From positions 352,001-416,000 of the forward strand of contig JBMNLZ010000003.1 of the NCBI GenBank assembly GCA_050953065.1: a DNA stretch of 64,000 bases, read 5' to 3'. The stretch's first letter is position 1. The number at the start of each line of letters is the position of its first letter. Position numbers and translations under genes: made by a program. The notes under the pieces were generated by a model. It did not search any database. It saw only the letters and a program-made list of their open reading frames with translations, and was not told the DNA's origin. This document shows positions 56,201-63,879 of this stretch, in pieces. This DNA is from Bacilli bacterium. Its GTDB lineage: Bacteria > Bacillota_I > Bacilli_A > ML615J-28 > CAG-698.

Positions 56201-56313
56201 GCATAACTTGTAATCACACTACTTAAAAATAATGCAACTAAAAGAACTAGTATAATTAGCAAGATACTGCGTTTAACTAATTTAGGTGTGATCAATCCCT
56301 TAAGTTTTTTCAT
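53221..56313 (-). CDS. Large solute-binding protein with N-terminal CBM-like beta-sandwich domains and a C-terminal SBP domain
   Basis: N-terminal TM. WKFTVPDAGYYNI and WKVDVEKEGLYQI repeats. C-terminal YYALP, FYRTDIF, WDFALLPG, AWEFMKWW. Confidence 0.8.
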   Translation of the reverse strand: MKKLKGLITPKLVKRSILLIILVLLVALFLSSVITSYASGHVYTKATVPGDYEIVGEYGEYLKAYEMITPNNNITIDTTNNTDLVHSDFTDVANLATIVNGVKPFYTSEVGSATWKFTVPDAGYYNIRLSYYPEKGGSASIERSIKINGVTPYEALKNIVFSRTWGDGPIDASKGSMFFMDAMGNDMKPTQIEKPKITRAYVVDDLGYVTEPYLIHLLEGENTITIESIREPMSIFAIDICAKTDYMSYSDYIGQFDDADKVDDTMILYEAEDPNIRTSSSATLYAVNDRTSAKNSPCDPVRIRYNAIGGTKWSSPGDWISWKVDVEKEGLYQISFRAKQGVSRGVYTTRKVLINGEVPFDEALNTKYKFSRDWKIMTLGGFDETGKEIPYYFHLNAGKNTITMEATLGDYSSLVSRVNTVIDELNRVYRRIIAVTTLNPDPYIDYYLVENLADFVSVYYEDGKSIVGLKETFAKCAKELRDVNRILAELSGGKSDMTASLDRMALQLDSFVNNVRTIQRRLKDYSNNISALGTWILQISEQSIVVDQLFIHSDKSSLSRKNALPKANPNFFAGSWFSIKSFFKSFFFDYESIGVTEAKANLPTIQVWFLTSETAGREQANALSNLILDTFDHANVSLKLVAPGVLLPATLAKRGPDVAINVPNGLPINYALRNAIEDISKYEGFYETTGICSADEIARGTCTANVDPEDENRNFQASAMVPYELNGAYYALPNTQSFLVTFYRTDIFNEYEWKRPTLENPWTWEDVIEIIPELQLKNLQFYLPLNTVLANSVVNQIFASMLYQQDGTFYKNGNRESAFDSPAAMNAFDTWSRFYSEYSFPLAASFFNRFRTGETPIGIANYEMYNTLMVSAPEIRGKWDFALLPGTIREDGTLDHRGAAGGTAVVMMAQAREKEAAWEFMKWWTSEETQFAYARELESVLGPAARHNTPNIKAFRRMAWTAKEIEVLTTQWKKTVGVPEVPGGYYTGRNLENAFREVVNKDKEPRETLEQYIQIINSEIARKRAEFGLD

Positions 56314-58160
56314 TTTTTTACCCCTTCTATGTATTTTAATCTTTCTTCTGAAAATACAATTAGTTTTTCAATATAATCTAACGTTTCATTTAACATGCTT
56401 TCTTTGTTTCTTTGAAGCCATAAAGTTTTTAAATCATTTTTAATTTTTAAAGCGTCTTTTAAGGCTTCTTTTAACAGTGTGATTCTTACAGTTTTTTCTA
56501 AAGAATCATTCCCACAAACATTAATTTTTAGTAATAAAGAAATCATCTCAATTGTCCAAACAACTTCATCTTTAATTAAAGAATCATTAAATTTGATAAG
56601 CTCAATTTCTTTTTTCTTATAGTTTAAATATTCTTCTGCACTTTGATATTTCTTATAACTCAAAGTATTATATTTCATCTTTTCTTTAACATATTCTATC
56701 CTATTTTCTTCTTTGAAAGAATAAGTTATCCAAAGCAACATATAAAATGTAGCAGTCCCATTACCAATATAAGCATTTTCAAAGCGATTGATTGTTCCTA
56801 AATCCATAATAGCATCTGCTATTAGGTTTTCTTTATCTTTGAAAATAAATCTATTTAAATATTGTTTAACTGATAGATAAACTCCTTCTTCACATCTGTA
56901 ACTCATTAAGCCAGCATAGACAAGTGGTGCAAAACTAAATGGTAACATCTGCATATGTCCGACATCTCCCCAATCAGTTAATAAGATTCCTTCACCACCG
57001 TTATCCTTAACAGCCCAACAAGCGTTCGCAATGTTCTCAATCCAATCACTTTGTCTTAGTGATAAACTACACCAAGAAGTAGTTCCAGGAGCTGCCATGA
57101 ATTTTACTTTGGCTTTTTTTAGCTTTTTAATATTTTTAGAGAAAGAATAAAAAGCATCATAGCCCCAATCAATAAAAATCATATCTTTTGGAAGCTTTTT
57201 AAATAACTCAGGATGATTATTTAAAACATCTCCCCAAATCAAAGGAATTTTTTTATATTTTTTTATCTCTTTATAAGCTTTTAATGTATAGTCTAAATAA
57301 ACCTTGCCAAGACCTACTTTCTCACATTCAGCCTTTGACTTACCTTTACCTAGTTCAAATGGTTCATCAAAGTTCATATTGAAGTATTTTGAATTAGAAT
57401 GAGGCAACATATCTTGATACATTTTCTTTAATAACTCTAAAGATTTTGGATCAAGTGGATTGAGTGTACTTGGCGCTCTATGAGTCCCCCATAAATGAAT
57501 TCCTTCAGGACACTCTGCCAAACTAGAAAACTCATCTTTTTTAAGCCAAGCGGCCATATGACCAAAACCATTTTGATTTGGAACTAAATCTATAAAATGT
57601 TTATTAGCATAGTCTTCAATTGCTTTATATTCTTCAACTGTAATATATGAATCCTTTTTTAAATAATCTTTAAAACTTTGATATTCAAAAGAAAAACCTT
57701 CAACATATAATTCTAAATGATTCATTTTTAAATCACTCATAATATCAATAATTTTAAAAACAGTTTCTATTTTAGGAACTTTATTTCGGCTTATGTCATA
57801 CATAAAGCCTCTTATTTTTAAATCTGGTTCATCATAGATTTCTAGACATTCTATTTGATTGTTTTTAATAATTTGTTTTAAAGTCTTAACTGCATAATAT
57901 GCACCTGGTGCATCTTTATGATAAATCGTAATAACATCTGGTTTAACTTCAATTTTATATGCTTCAGCACTTAATTTTTTGTCAATAAAAAAACGAACAT
58001 CGGCTTTTTTAGATTTACCTACTTGCAAATTTAAAAAAGAATCCAATTCTTTCTTAACTATTTCATTGGGCTTGTCAAAAAAAGCAATGCTCTTTTCTTT
58101 CATTTTGTAAACGTCGTTATTATATTTTATTTCTTTTACCTTAGGAAATATATTTACCAT
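56310..58160 (-). CDS. GH20 beta-N-acetylhexosaminidase, no signal peptide
   Basis: GH20b start IFPKVK...EAYKI, RGFMYDISR, FGHM, catalytic NMNFDE, WGD, LLTDWGD. Confidence 0.85.
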   Translation of the reverse strand: MVNIFPKVKEIKYNNDVYKMKEKSIAFFDKPNEIVKKELDSFLNLQVGKSKKADVRFFIDKKLSAEAYKIEVKPDVITIYHKDAPGAYYAVKTLKQIIKNNQIECLEIYDEPDLKIRGFMYDISRNKVPKIETVFKIIDIMSDLKMNHLELYVEGFSFEYQSFKDYLKKDSYITVEEYKAIEDYANKHFIDLVPNQNGFGHMAAWLKKDEFSSLAECPEGIHLWGTHRAPSTLNPLDPKSLELLKKMYQDMLPHSNSKYFNMNFDEPFELGKGKSKAECEKVGLGKVYLDYTLKAYKEIKKYKKIPLIWGDVLNNHPELFKKLPKDMIFIDWGYDAFYSFSKNIKKLKKAKVKFMAAPGTTSWCSLSLRQSDWIENIANACWAVKDNGGEGILLTDWGDVGHMQMLPFSFAPLVYAGLMSYRCEEGVYLSVKQYLNRFIFKDKENLIADAIMDLGTINRFENAYIGNGTATFYMLLWITYSFKEENRIEYVKEKMKYNTLSYKKYQSAEEYLNYKKKEIELIKFNDSLIKDEVVWTIEMISLLLKINVCGNDSLEKTVRITLLKEALKDALKIKNDLKTLWLQRNKESMLNETLDYIEKLIVFSEERLKYIEGVKK

Positions 58161-58199
58161 AAAAACTCCATTTTGCTATATAAATGTATTACTCTAATT

Positions 58200-58228
58200 A
58201 TTATATAACAAAAAGCGTTTTTATTCAA
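58200..58228 (-). promoter_or_regulatory. Sigma-A promoter of the GH20-ABC uptake operon
   Basis: TTGAAT-17-TATAAT. The spacer contains AAAAACGCTTTTT. Confidence 0.6.
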
Positions 58229-58344
58229 GTTTTTATTGGCAATTTATCTAGTTATTTTGAAGAAAACTTACCATATTTTCTAATAAATTTAGAGTCATTT
58301 TTAAATAATATGAATTAAAATTAAAAAAGCAAGGTTTTAAAACC

Positions 58345-59685
58345 TTACTTTTCAAATTTTATTGTTATAACAGGCCTTATTCCAATAGTCGAATAAGCAT
58401 TGTTAAAGCCTGTAACACTAACCTTACCATCAAAGAAAACCCCTGATAAATATTGCATTGTAAAACCAGGTGATCTTGAGAAATATTTTCCTTGATTAGT
58501 AGAAGAATTTTCAACACCTGTTTTAATTGCAAACTCAGTATTATAAGCAATCCTATTAGAATCTGCTTCATCTGTTTTTGTTTTAAATCCAAAACGCTTT
58601 CTAATCAAATCATTGTATGATAACAAATAAACATAATCTTGTGTATCATCACCTTCATTAGCAGCATAGGCAGGATAAGAAATTCCTTTATTAGAAACGG
58701 TTGTTAAAACAATCCCACTTTTTTCGCTACTACTAAATGAAGCATTATAAAAATCATTGTTTAACCAAAATCTTAAATAACTATTCTTCCAAGTTTTATC
58801 GTTATTATCAACAATTACAATTTTATAATTAACAACTGTTGTTTCTTCTGGATGTTCTTTTGTAGGGCCACTTCCAGTTATTGTTACTTCACCTTTTGAA
58901 ATTGCATTTACCATTACTTGTACTTGAGCTTTTAGTTCTCCTTTTACTCCATTAATTACCCAATATCCCGCTTCATCAATTTCTAGTTCAGCGCTAGTTG
59001 CTTCTCCTACTGGAACATATGTATTTTTACCTTCAATCCACCAATTGTTATCAGAGCCAACTGTAGCTTTAATTGTATCGATATTTTTACTTACTAAAGC
59101 AAGATTTTCATCACTTGAGGTCCAAGTAGAATTTACTAAATCCATATTAGTAGCCCCTATATAAATACTTCTTGTTTCTCCGATTCCAAATAAATAATTA
59201 TGATAAGAAGCTTTAGAATCTAATATTTTATCAGATACAAGAACCGCATTAACCCCATCAATACTTAAAATTTTCCATTCAATTGAATCAACTAAGAAAA
59301 ACTCTCTTGATTCAATGTAGGTTTCTTCTCCTTCAACTACTTCTCTTGTAAAAGTAGAAACTTTAGCATAACGATGTCCTTCATATGGGTAATATCCATA
59401 ACTATCAGCAAGAATTGTCTCTTCATCAATTCCAGCATTTAACGATGCAATTATTTCATCATCTGTTACTAATCTTTGAGGATATTCACCATAAAACATT
59501 TTACTATAAGTTACAGTATTTTTCTCTACATCAATAATTGGATTATGATATCCTGCATCAAAATAATACGTTACCTTTTCTGGAGTAGTTATTGCCTCAG
59601 GATCACTATCAACAGGGCTTTTATCACAAGCACTAAGTACTAATAATAAAACTATAATCAATGAGCAAAATAATCTCTTCTTCAT
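58345..59685 (-). CDS. Lipoprotein with a DUF6273-like domain interrupted by an Ig-like insertion
   Basis: Start at the ATG at 59685 (MKKRLF...LSAC lipobox). YGEYPQ, IEWKIL, SDKILD, WKNSYLRFWLNNDFY, DYVYLLS, C-terminal GIRPVI. Confidence 0.65.
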   Translation of the reverse strand: MKKRLFCSLIIVLLLVLSACDKSPVDSDPEAITTPEKVTYYFDAGYHNPIIDVEKNTVTYSKMFYGEYPQRLVTDDEIIASLNAGIDEETILADSYGYYPYEGHRYAKVSTFTREVVEGEETYIESREFFLVDSIEWKILSIDGVNAVLVSDKILDSKASYHNYLFGIGETRSIYIGATNMDLVNSTWTSSDENLALVSKNIDTIKATVGSDNNWWIEGKNTYVPVGEATSAELEIDEAGYWVINGVKGELKAQVQVMVNAISKGEVTITGSGPTKEHPEETTVVNYKIVIVDNNDKTWKNSYLRFWLNNDFYNASFSSSEKSGIVLTTVSNKGISYPAYAANEGDDTQDYVYLLSYNDLIRKRFGFKTKTDEADSNRIAYNTEFAIKTGVENSSTNQGKYFSRSPGFTMQYLSGVFFDGKVSVTGFNNAYSTIGIRPVITIKFEK

Positions 59686-59755
59686 TTTATTACCTCTAAA
59701 CAAATTTATTTGATAACTCATTTTAACAAATATTTAAACAATTAGCAAGAAAAAG

Positions 59756-59787
59756 AAAGATAGTCTAATTTATTAAACTATCTTTTT
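59756..59787 (-). terminator. Terminator after the amidase-GNAT-deacetylase-GHL10 operon
   Basis: AAAGATAGT...ACTATCTTT flanked by A and T runs. Confidence 0.6.
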
Positions 59788-59796
59788 AATTTATAC

Positions 59797-61101
59797 TTAA
59801 ACTGGCTTTACTTCTTTTGTCCAAATGGTTTTTAATAATTTCCTACCTTCAACAAGGGCAACAACATCTTCTTTAACAAAAGAATTATAAGTAAAATAAA
59901 TTGTTCCAGAAATATTGTCATAATTTTGATTATACCTAAGTTGATTAATTATCTCTTCTGGATTACTCCAATTTCCTTTATCGCTATAGCGATAAAATGC
60001 TTGACCAATATATAATTTCGTATTAGTTTCTTTACAAATTCCACTCCACCATTTTACTAAATCAGCATATTTTACTAAAGTGATTTCTTCTAAAGAACCA
60101 TCTTCTTTTGGTTTAGAATTATCTAAATCAAAATAAACTTGAGGTACTACGTAATCAATCCATTTTTCTTTCATCCATAAGTAAACATCTGCATAAAGTC
60201 TATCATAACATTGCAAGCATTTCTCATGATTATCAGACCCTTTATCCCAACCACCAACTCCAGATTCAAAATATTTTGAATGAGTTCTAAAAATACCAAA
60301 AGGACTGATTCCAAATTCTACCTTTTTAGGAAGTCTAGCTAACTTATCATGAATAAGTTTAATCATACGATTAACATTGTCTCTTCTAAAGTCACTCAAA
60401 GATTCATCATTTTTCTTCCATTTTAAATATTTTTCTTGTTCTTTATCATCACAAATTTCCTCATAAGGATAAAAATAATCATCGATATGAACAGCTTTTA
60501 TATCATAGTTTTCAGCAATTTCTAAAACTGAATCAGAAACAAATTCCATTACTTCTTCACTTGATGGGTCTAGAATTAGTTTTGTTTCTGAAGTTTCAAT
60601 TACTAAATCAGGACGCTTGCGAGCAAAGTTTTTCTCACTTAATGTTTTTAAAAAGTCATCTTTATTAGTATTTAAATCTTTTAATCTTTTTTGACAAACA
60701 CGATATGGATTAATCCAAGCATGAACTTCAATGTTTTCCTTTTTAGCTTCTTCTATAAAGAAACCAAAAACATCAAAGCCAGGATATTTATCCTCAATTC
60801 CAGTAATATATGCACTCCAAGGATTTAACTTTGATTTATAAAATGCATCATTTGTTGGTCTTGCTTGAAAAATAACTGTATTCATTTTATATTCTTTAAC
60901 ACGTTTTATAACACTTTTTAAATATTCTTTATAACTTTCAACACTAGTCATTTTAGCTACATCAATATTAGCAACAGTCGAAAACCAAACACCACGCAAT
61001 TCTTCTTGCTTTTCTTTATATTCATCTGGTATTAAAACAGCCTCATCGCTTCCATAATAAGTAACAAAACCTTCTTTTTTAAACTTAGCAATTTTTTTCA
61101 T
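59797..61101 (-). CDS. GHL10/DUF187 glycoside hydrolase (DigH/YddW/YngK family), no signal peptide
   Basis: ELRGVWFSTVANID, FQARP, EVHAWINPYR, HIDDYFYP, FGISPFG, IDYVVPQVY. Confidence 0.85.
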   Translation of the reverse strand: MKKIAKFKKEGFVTYYGSDEAVLIPDEYKEKQEELRGVWFSTVANIDVAKMTSVESYKEYLKSVIKRVKEYKMNTVIFQARPTNDAFYKSKLNPWSAYITGIEDKYPGFDVFGFFIEEAKKENIEVHAWINPYRVCQKRLKDLNTNKDDFLKTLSEKNFARKRPDLVIETSETKLILDPSSEEVMEFVSDSVLEIAENYDIKAVHIDDYFYPYEEICDDKEQEKYLKWKKNDESLSDFRRDNVNRMIKLIHDKLARLPKKVEFGISPFGIFRTHSKYFESGVGGWDKGSDNHEKCLQCYDRLYADVYLWMKEKWIDYVVPQVYFDLDNSKPKEDGSLEEITLVKYADLVKWWSGICKETNTKLYIGQAFYRYSDKGNWSNPEEIINQLRYNQNYDNISGTIYFTYNSFVKEDVVALVEGRKLLKTIWTKEVKPV

Positions 61102-61102
61102 T

Positions 61103-61795
61103 TTATATCTCCTTATTTCTTATAAATTTTTGATAGTCTTCAACTGCAAAAGCAGCAGCATTTTTCGTTTTATTTAAAGCACCCCTTACAAAAGATAAAT
61201 GCGTATAATAATCATAATATTTAAATGAAGGACTATTCATAATAAACCAATGTTTTTGAATTGCTTTACACCATAAATCATATCCTTCAGTCCCATCAAT
61301 ATAAACATATGGAACAAAGCCATCTCGATCTTCCCAGTTTTCACAGTAATATATAGGAGCATAATGTCTTTCACCTTCTACCTTATCGCCCATATCAACG
61401 CCAGCATAAAAAGCTGCATCAACTACGTTTAAATAAGTATTTCTATGATCTTTATGCATACTGTTTTTCCAATGCGTAAAGATAGCACTTGGTTTATATT
61501 TTCTAATTAAACTAGCAATTCTAAACTTAACTTCATCATTAACTGGTAACTCTCCATCAGGATATTCAAAAACAATTGCATCCCCTTTTAACATACGAGC
61601 AAATTCGCTAGCTTCTTTTTCTTTTTGAAGCCTATATTCTTCTACACTCATACCTTTAGGATTACCACGCTCTCCTCCAGTTAAAGCAATAGTTACAATT
61701 TTATTTCCCTTTAAACTTTCAGTAGCAAGAATTAACCCTGCCGTTAATTCCATATCACCAACATGGCCACCAATTGCTAAAAATGTTTTACTCAT
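61103..61795 (-). CDS. PIG-L/LmbE family N-deacetylase with an atypical HVGD motif
   Basis: LAIGGHVGDMEL, LTGGERG, PDGEL, IFTH, HKDH. Confidence 0.8.
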   Translation of the reverse strand: MSKTFLAIGGHVGDMELTAGLILATESLKGNKIVTIALTGGERGNPKGMSVEEYRLQKEKEASEFARMLKGDAIVFEYPDGELPVNDEVKFRIASLIRKYKPSAIFTHWKNSMHKDHRNTYLNVVDAAFYAGVDMGDKVEGERHYAPIYYCENWEDRDGFVPYVYIDGTEGYDLWCKAIQKHWFIMNSPSFKYYDYYTHLSFVRGALNKTKNAAAFAVEDYQKFIRNKEI

Positions 61796-61798
61796 AGA

Positions 61799-62782
61799 TT
61801 ATAAATCCTTTCTTAAAATCGCAAAAGATTGCACTAATCTAAAACCTGCATAAAAATAAAGATTTCTTGCAGGATTTTCACTACCTGTAAAAAGTGTCAT
61901 AAACTTAGCACCATTTTGTTTTGAAATATAACACAAATAACAAAATAGCGTTTTACCTAATCCTCTTCCTTGAACTTTAGGATGAACTCCTACTCCATCA
62001 AAATGCCCTCTCCCACCATCCTCAGTATAAACAGCACCAGTCCAGCCTAAAATTTCTCCATCCTTTTCAACAATTAGCATCGGTTTTGGATCTTTTTTTG
62101 CTAGATTATTTTCAGTTACTGCTTTCCAACCAGGATTATTTAATGCCTCAAACAATTCATTAAAACCATGATGTTTTTTAGAATCATACATTGTTATATT
62201 ATAACCATCAGCTTTATTTTGTTCAATTTGTTCTACTACTTTTTGTGGTAATTCATAATTTTGTAAGTCTAAGAAATAACCATCTAATTGTCCATTATTT
62301 GTATAACGATTATTCATAAACAAAAAATAATATTTTGAATTATAAGGAATCGCTGGAGCCCCACCATGATAGGCATCCTCATTTGGAATTAACCATTTAA
62401 AATTAACTGGATTATAAAACATTAATCTAACAAACTTTTTACCCTTGTCTTTCAAAAAATCTTCTAAGGCTTTTAAAACAAGTGAACCATAACCATTTTT
62501 TTGATGTTCATTTTTAATAAAAACACATGTAATAAAACCAGGAGTTTCCTCAATGTTTTCATCATTTTTATTAATCATTGCATTCCCATAACCAATTGGT
62601 TCTCCTGCTAAAGTTATAGTCAAACTGCCTTCAGAATCATAGTTAGAATTTTTCATAAAAGTTTGTTTAAATAATTCAACTGTAAAAGGAGCATAAACTG
62701 AATTTCCTACTACATCACTATTCCAAATTGAAACTAGCGTTGATACATCTTCATCTTTAAATTTTCTAATTTCCATTAACAT
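61799..62782 (-). CDS. Tandem-GNAT N-acetyltransferase
   Basis: QKNGYG and QGRGLG AcCoA motifs, NPARNLYFYAGF. Confidence 0.85.
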   Translation of the reverse strand: MLMEIRKFKDEDVSTLVSIWNSDVVGNSVYAPFTVELFKQTFMKNSNYDSEGSLTITLAGEPIGYGNAMINKNDENIEETPGFITCVFIKNEHQKNGYGSLVLKALEDFLKDKGKKFVRLMFYNPVNFKWLIPNEDAYHGGAPAIPYNSKYYFLFMNNRYTNNGQLDGYFLDLQNYELPQKVVEQIEQNKADGYNITMYDSKKHHGFNELFEALNNPGWKAVTENNLAKKDPKPMLIVEKDGEILGWTGAVYTEDGGRGHFDGVGVHPKVQGRGLGKTLFCYLCYISKQNGAKFMTLFTGSENPARNLYFYAGFRLVQSFAILRKDL

Positions 62783-62811
62783 ATATCTTTTCTCCTCTAA
62801 GTTTATTTTTT

Positions 62812-63879
62812 TTAAGTAAAGTTAGCGATTATATAATTTCCAATTTTACTTCTAAAAGGAATTATCTTATTGTTTTCTCTTGTTGGATGAACTCTATTAC
62901 TTAACATACAAAAAGCAATTTTATTATCTCTATCAATAAATAAATTAGTCCCCGTAAAACCAGTATGTAAAATTGTATTAGGACTTGCTAAGTCTCCACA
63001 TGATGGATAATCACTCTTTAAGATCCACCCTAACCCTCTTTTACTACCAACTAAACTAATTCCTTCTTTTTCTTCTACTTGTGGGGTAAAAAGCAAATCA
63101 ATACTTGCTTTAGATAAAATGCGTCTACCTTTATATACTCCATTATTTAAAATCATTTCCATAAAGTTACCAATATCATCTGCTGTTGAAAATACTCCAG
63201 CATGTCCTGCAACACCACCTAAAATATAAGCTTTTTCATCATGAACTTTTCCACGTAATAAATCCTGACAAATAGCATCATTTCTTTTTTCAGTTGGAGC
63301 ACATCTTTCAGTATTTTTAGGATTATATGTTGTATCTTTCATATCAAGTTTTGAAAAAACATATAATTTAGCTGCTCTATCTAAACCCATTCCTGAAACT
63401 GTTTCAATTAGTTTCCCCAGCAAAATAAAACCGATATCTGAATATATTATCTTTTCACTTCTTCCTGCTTTAAGTGGTACTTTATAAGCAAAATCAAAAA
63501 CCTCTTCAGGCTTTGCTAGTGTATTAGCTTTAGGAATATCAGGTACTAAACCTGAAGTATGAGTCATTAAATCAAAGATAGTAATATCATCGTTTTTAAA
63601 ATCAGGCAAGTATTTACTAACACTATCATAAAGCCTTATTTTACCCGCTTCTAATAATTGCATTAAAAGTGTAGTTGTAGAAACAACTTTCGAAACTGAA
63701 GCCATATCATAAATTGTATTAATATAATTTTCTTCCTTTTTAGGAAGCAACGCTTTATACCCAAAAGCTCCAGTATAACGCCTCTTTCCTGCAATCAAAC
63801 AATAAGTCGCACCGGGAAAAACACCATCTTTAACAGCTTCTTCCATCAAATCATTAAACCCAATCATTTTAGAATTCAT
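62812..63879 (-). CDS. Beta-lactamase-fold serine hydrolase, AmiE/YbbE-like (putative MurNAc-L-Ala amidase), no signal peptide
   Basis: SxxK in YDMASVSK, LMTHTSGL, YSDIGF, VHDEKA...GGVAGHAGVFS, HTGFTG, LSNRVHP. Probable start at the ATG at 63879. Confidence 0.8.
   Translation of the reverse strand: MNSKMIGFNDLMEEAVKDGVFPGATYCLIAGKRRYTGAFGYKALLPKKEENYINTIYDMASVSKVVSTTTLLMQLLEAGKIRLYDSVSKYLPDFKNDDITIFDLMTHTSGLVPDIPKANTLAKPEEVFDFAYKVPLKAGRSEKIIYSDIGFILLGKLIETVSGMGLDRAAKLYVFSKLDMKDTTYNPKNTERCAPTEKRNDAICQDLLRGKVHDEKAYILGGVAGHAGVFSTADDIGNFMEMILNNGVYKGRRILSKASIDLLFTPQVEEKEGISLVGSKRGLGWILKSDYPSCGDLASPNTILHTGFTGTNLFIDRDNKIAFCMLSNRVHPTRENNKIIPFRSKIGNYIIANFT

Noticed and set aside
58161-58344. Possible glmS ribozyme or riboswitch in amino-sugar operon leaders
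   Set aside because: The leaders are short and very AT-rich, and no conserved riboswitch core was recognisable.
58345-58500. Active diversity-generating retroelement
   Set aside because: No reverse transcriptase and no second near-identical copy of this region were seen in the window. Only the fold resemblance is reported.
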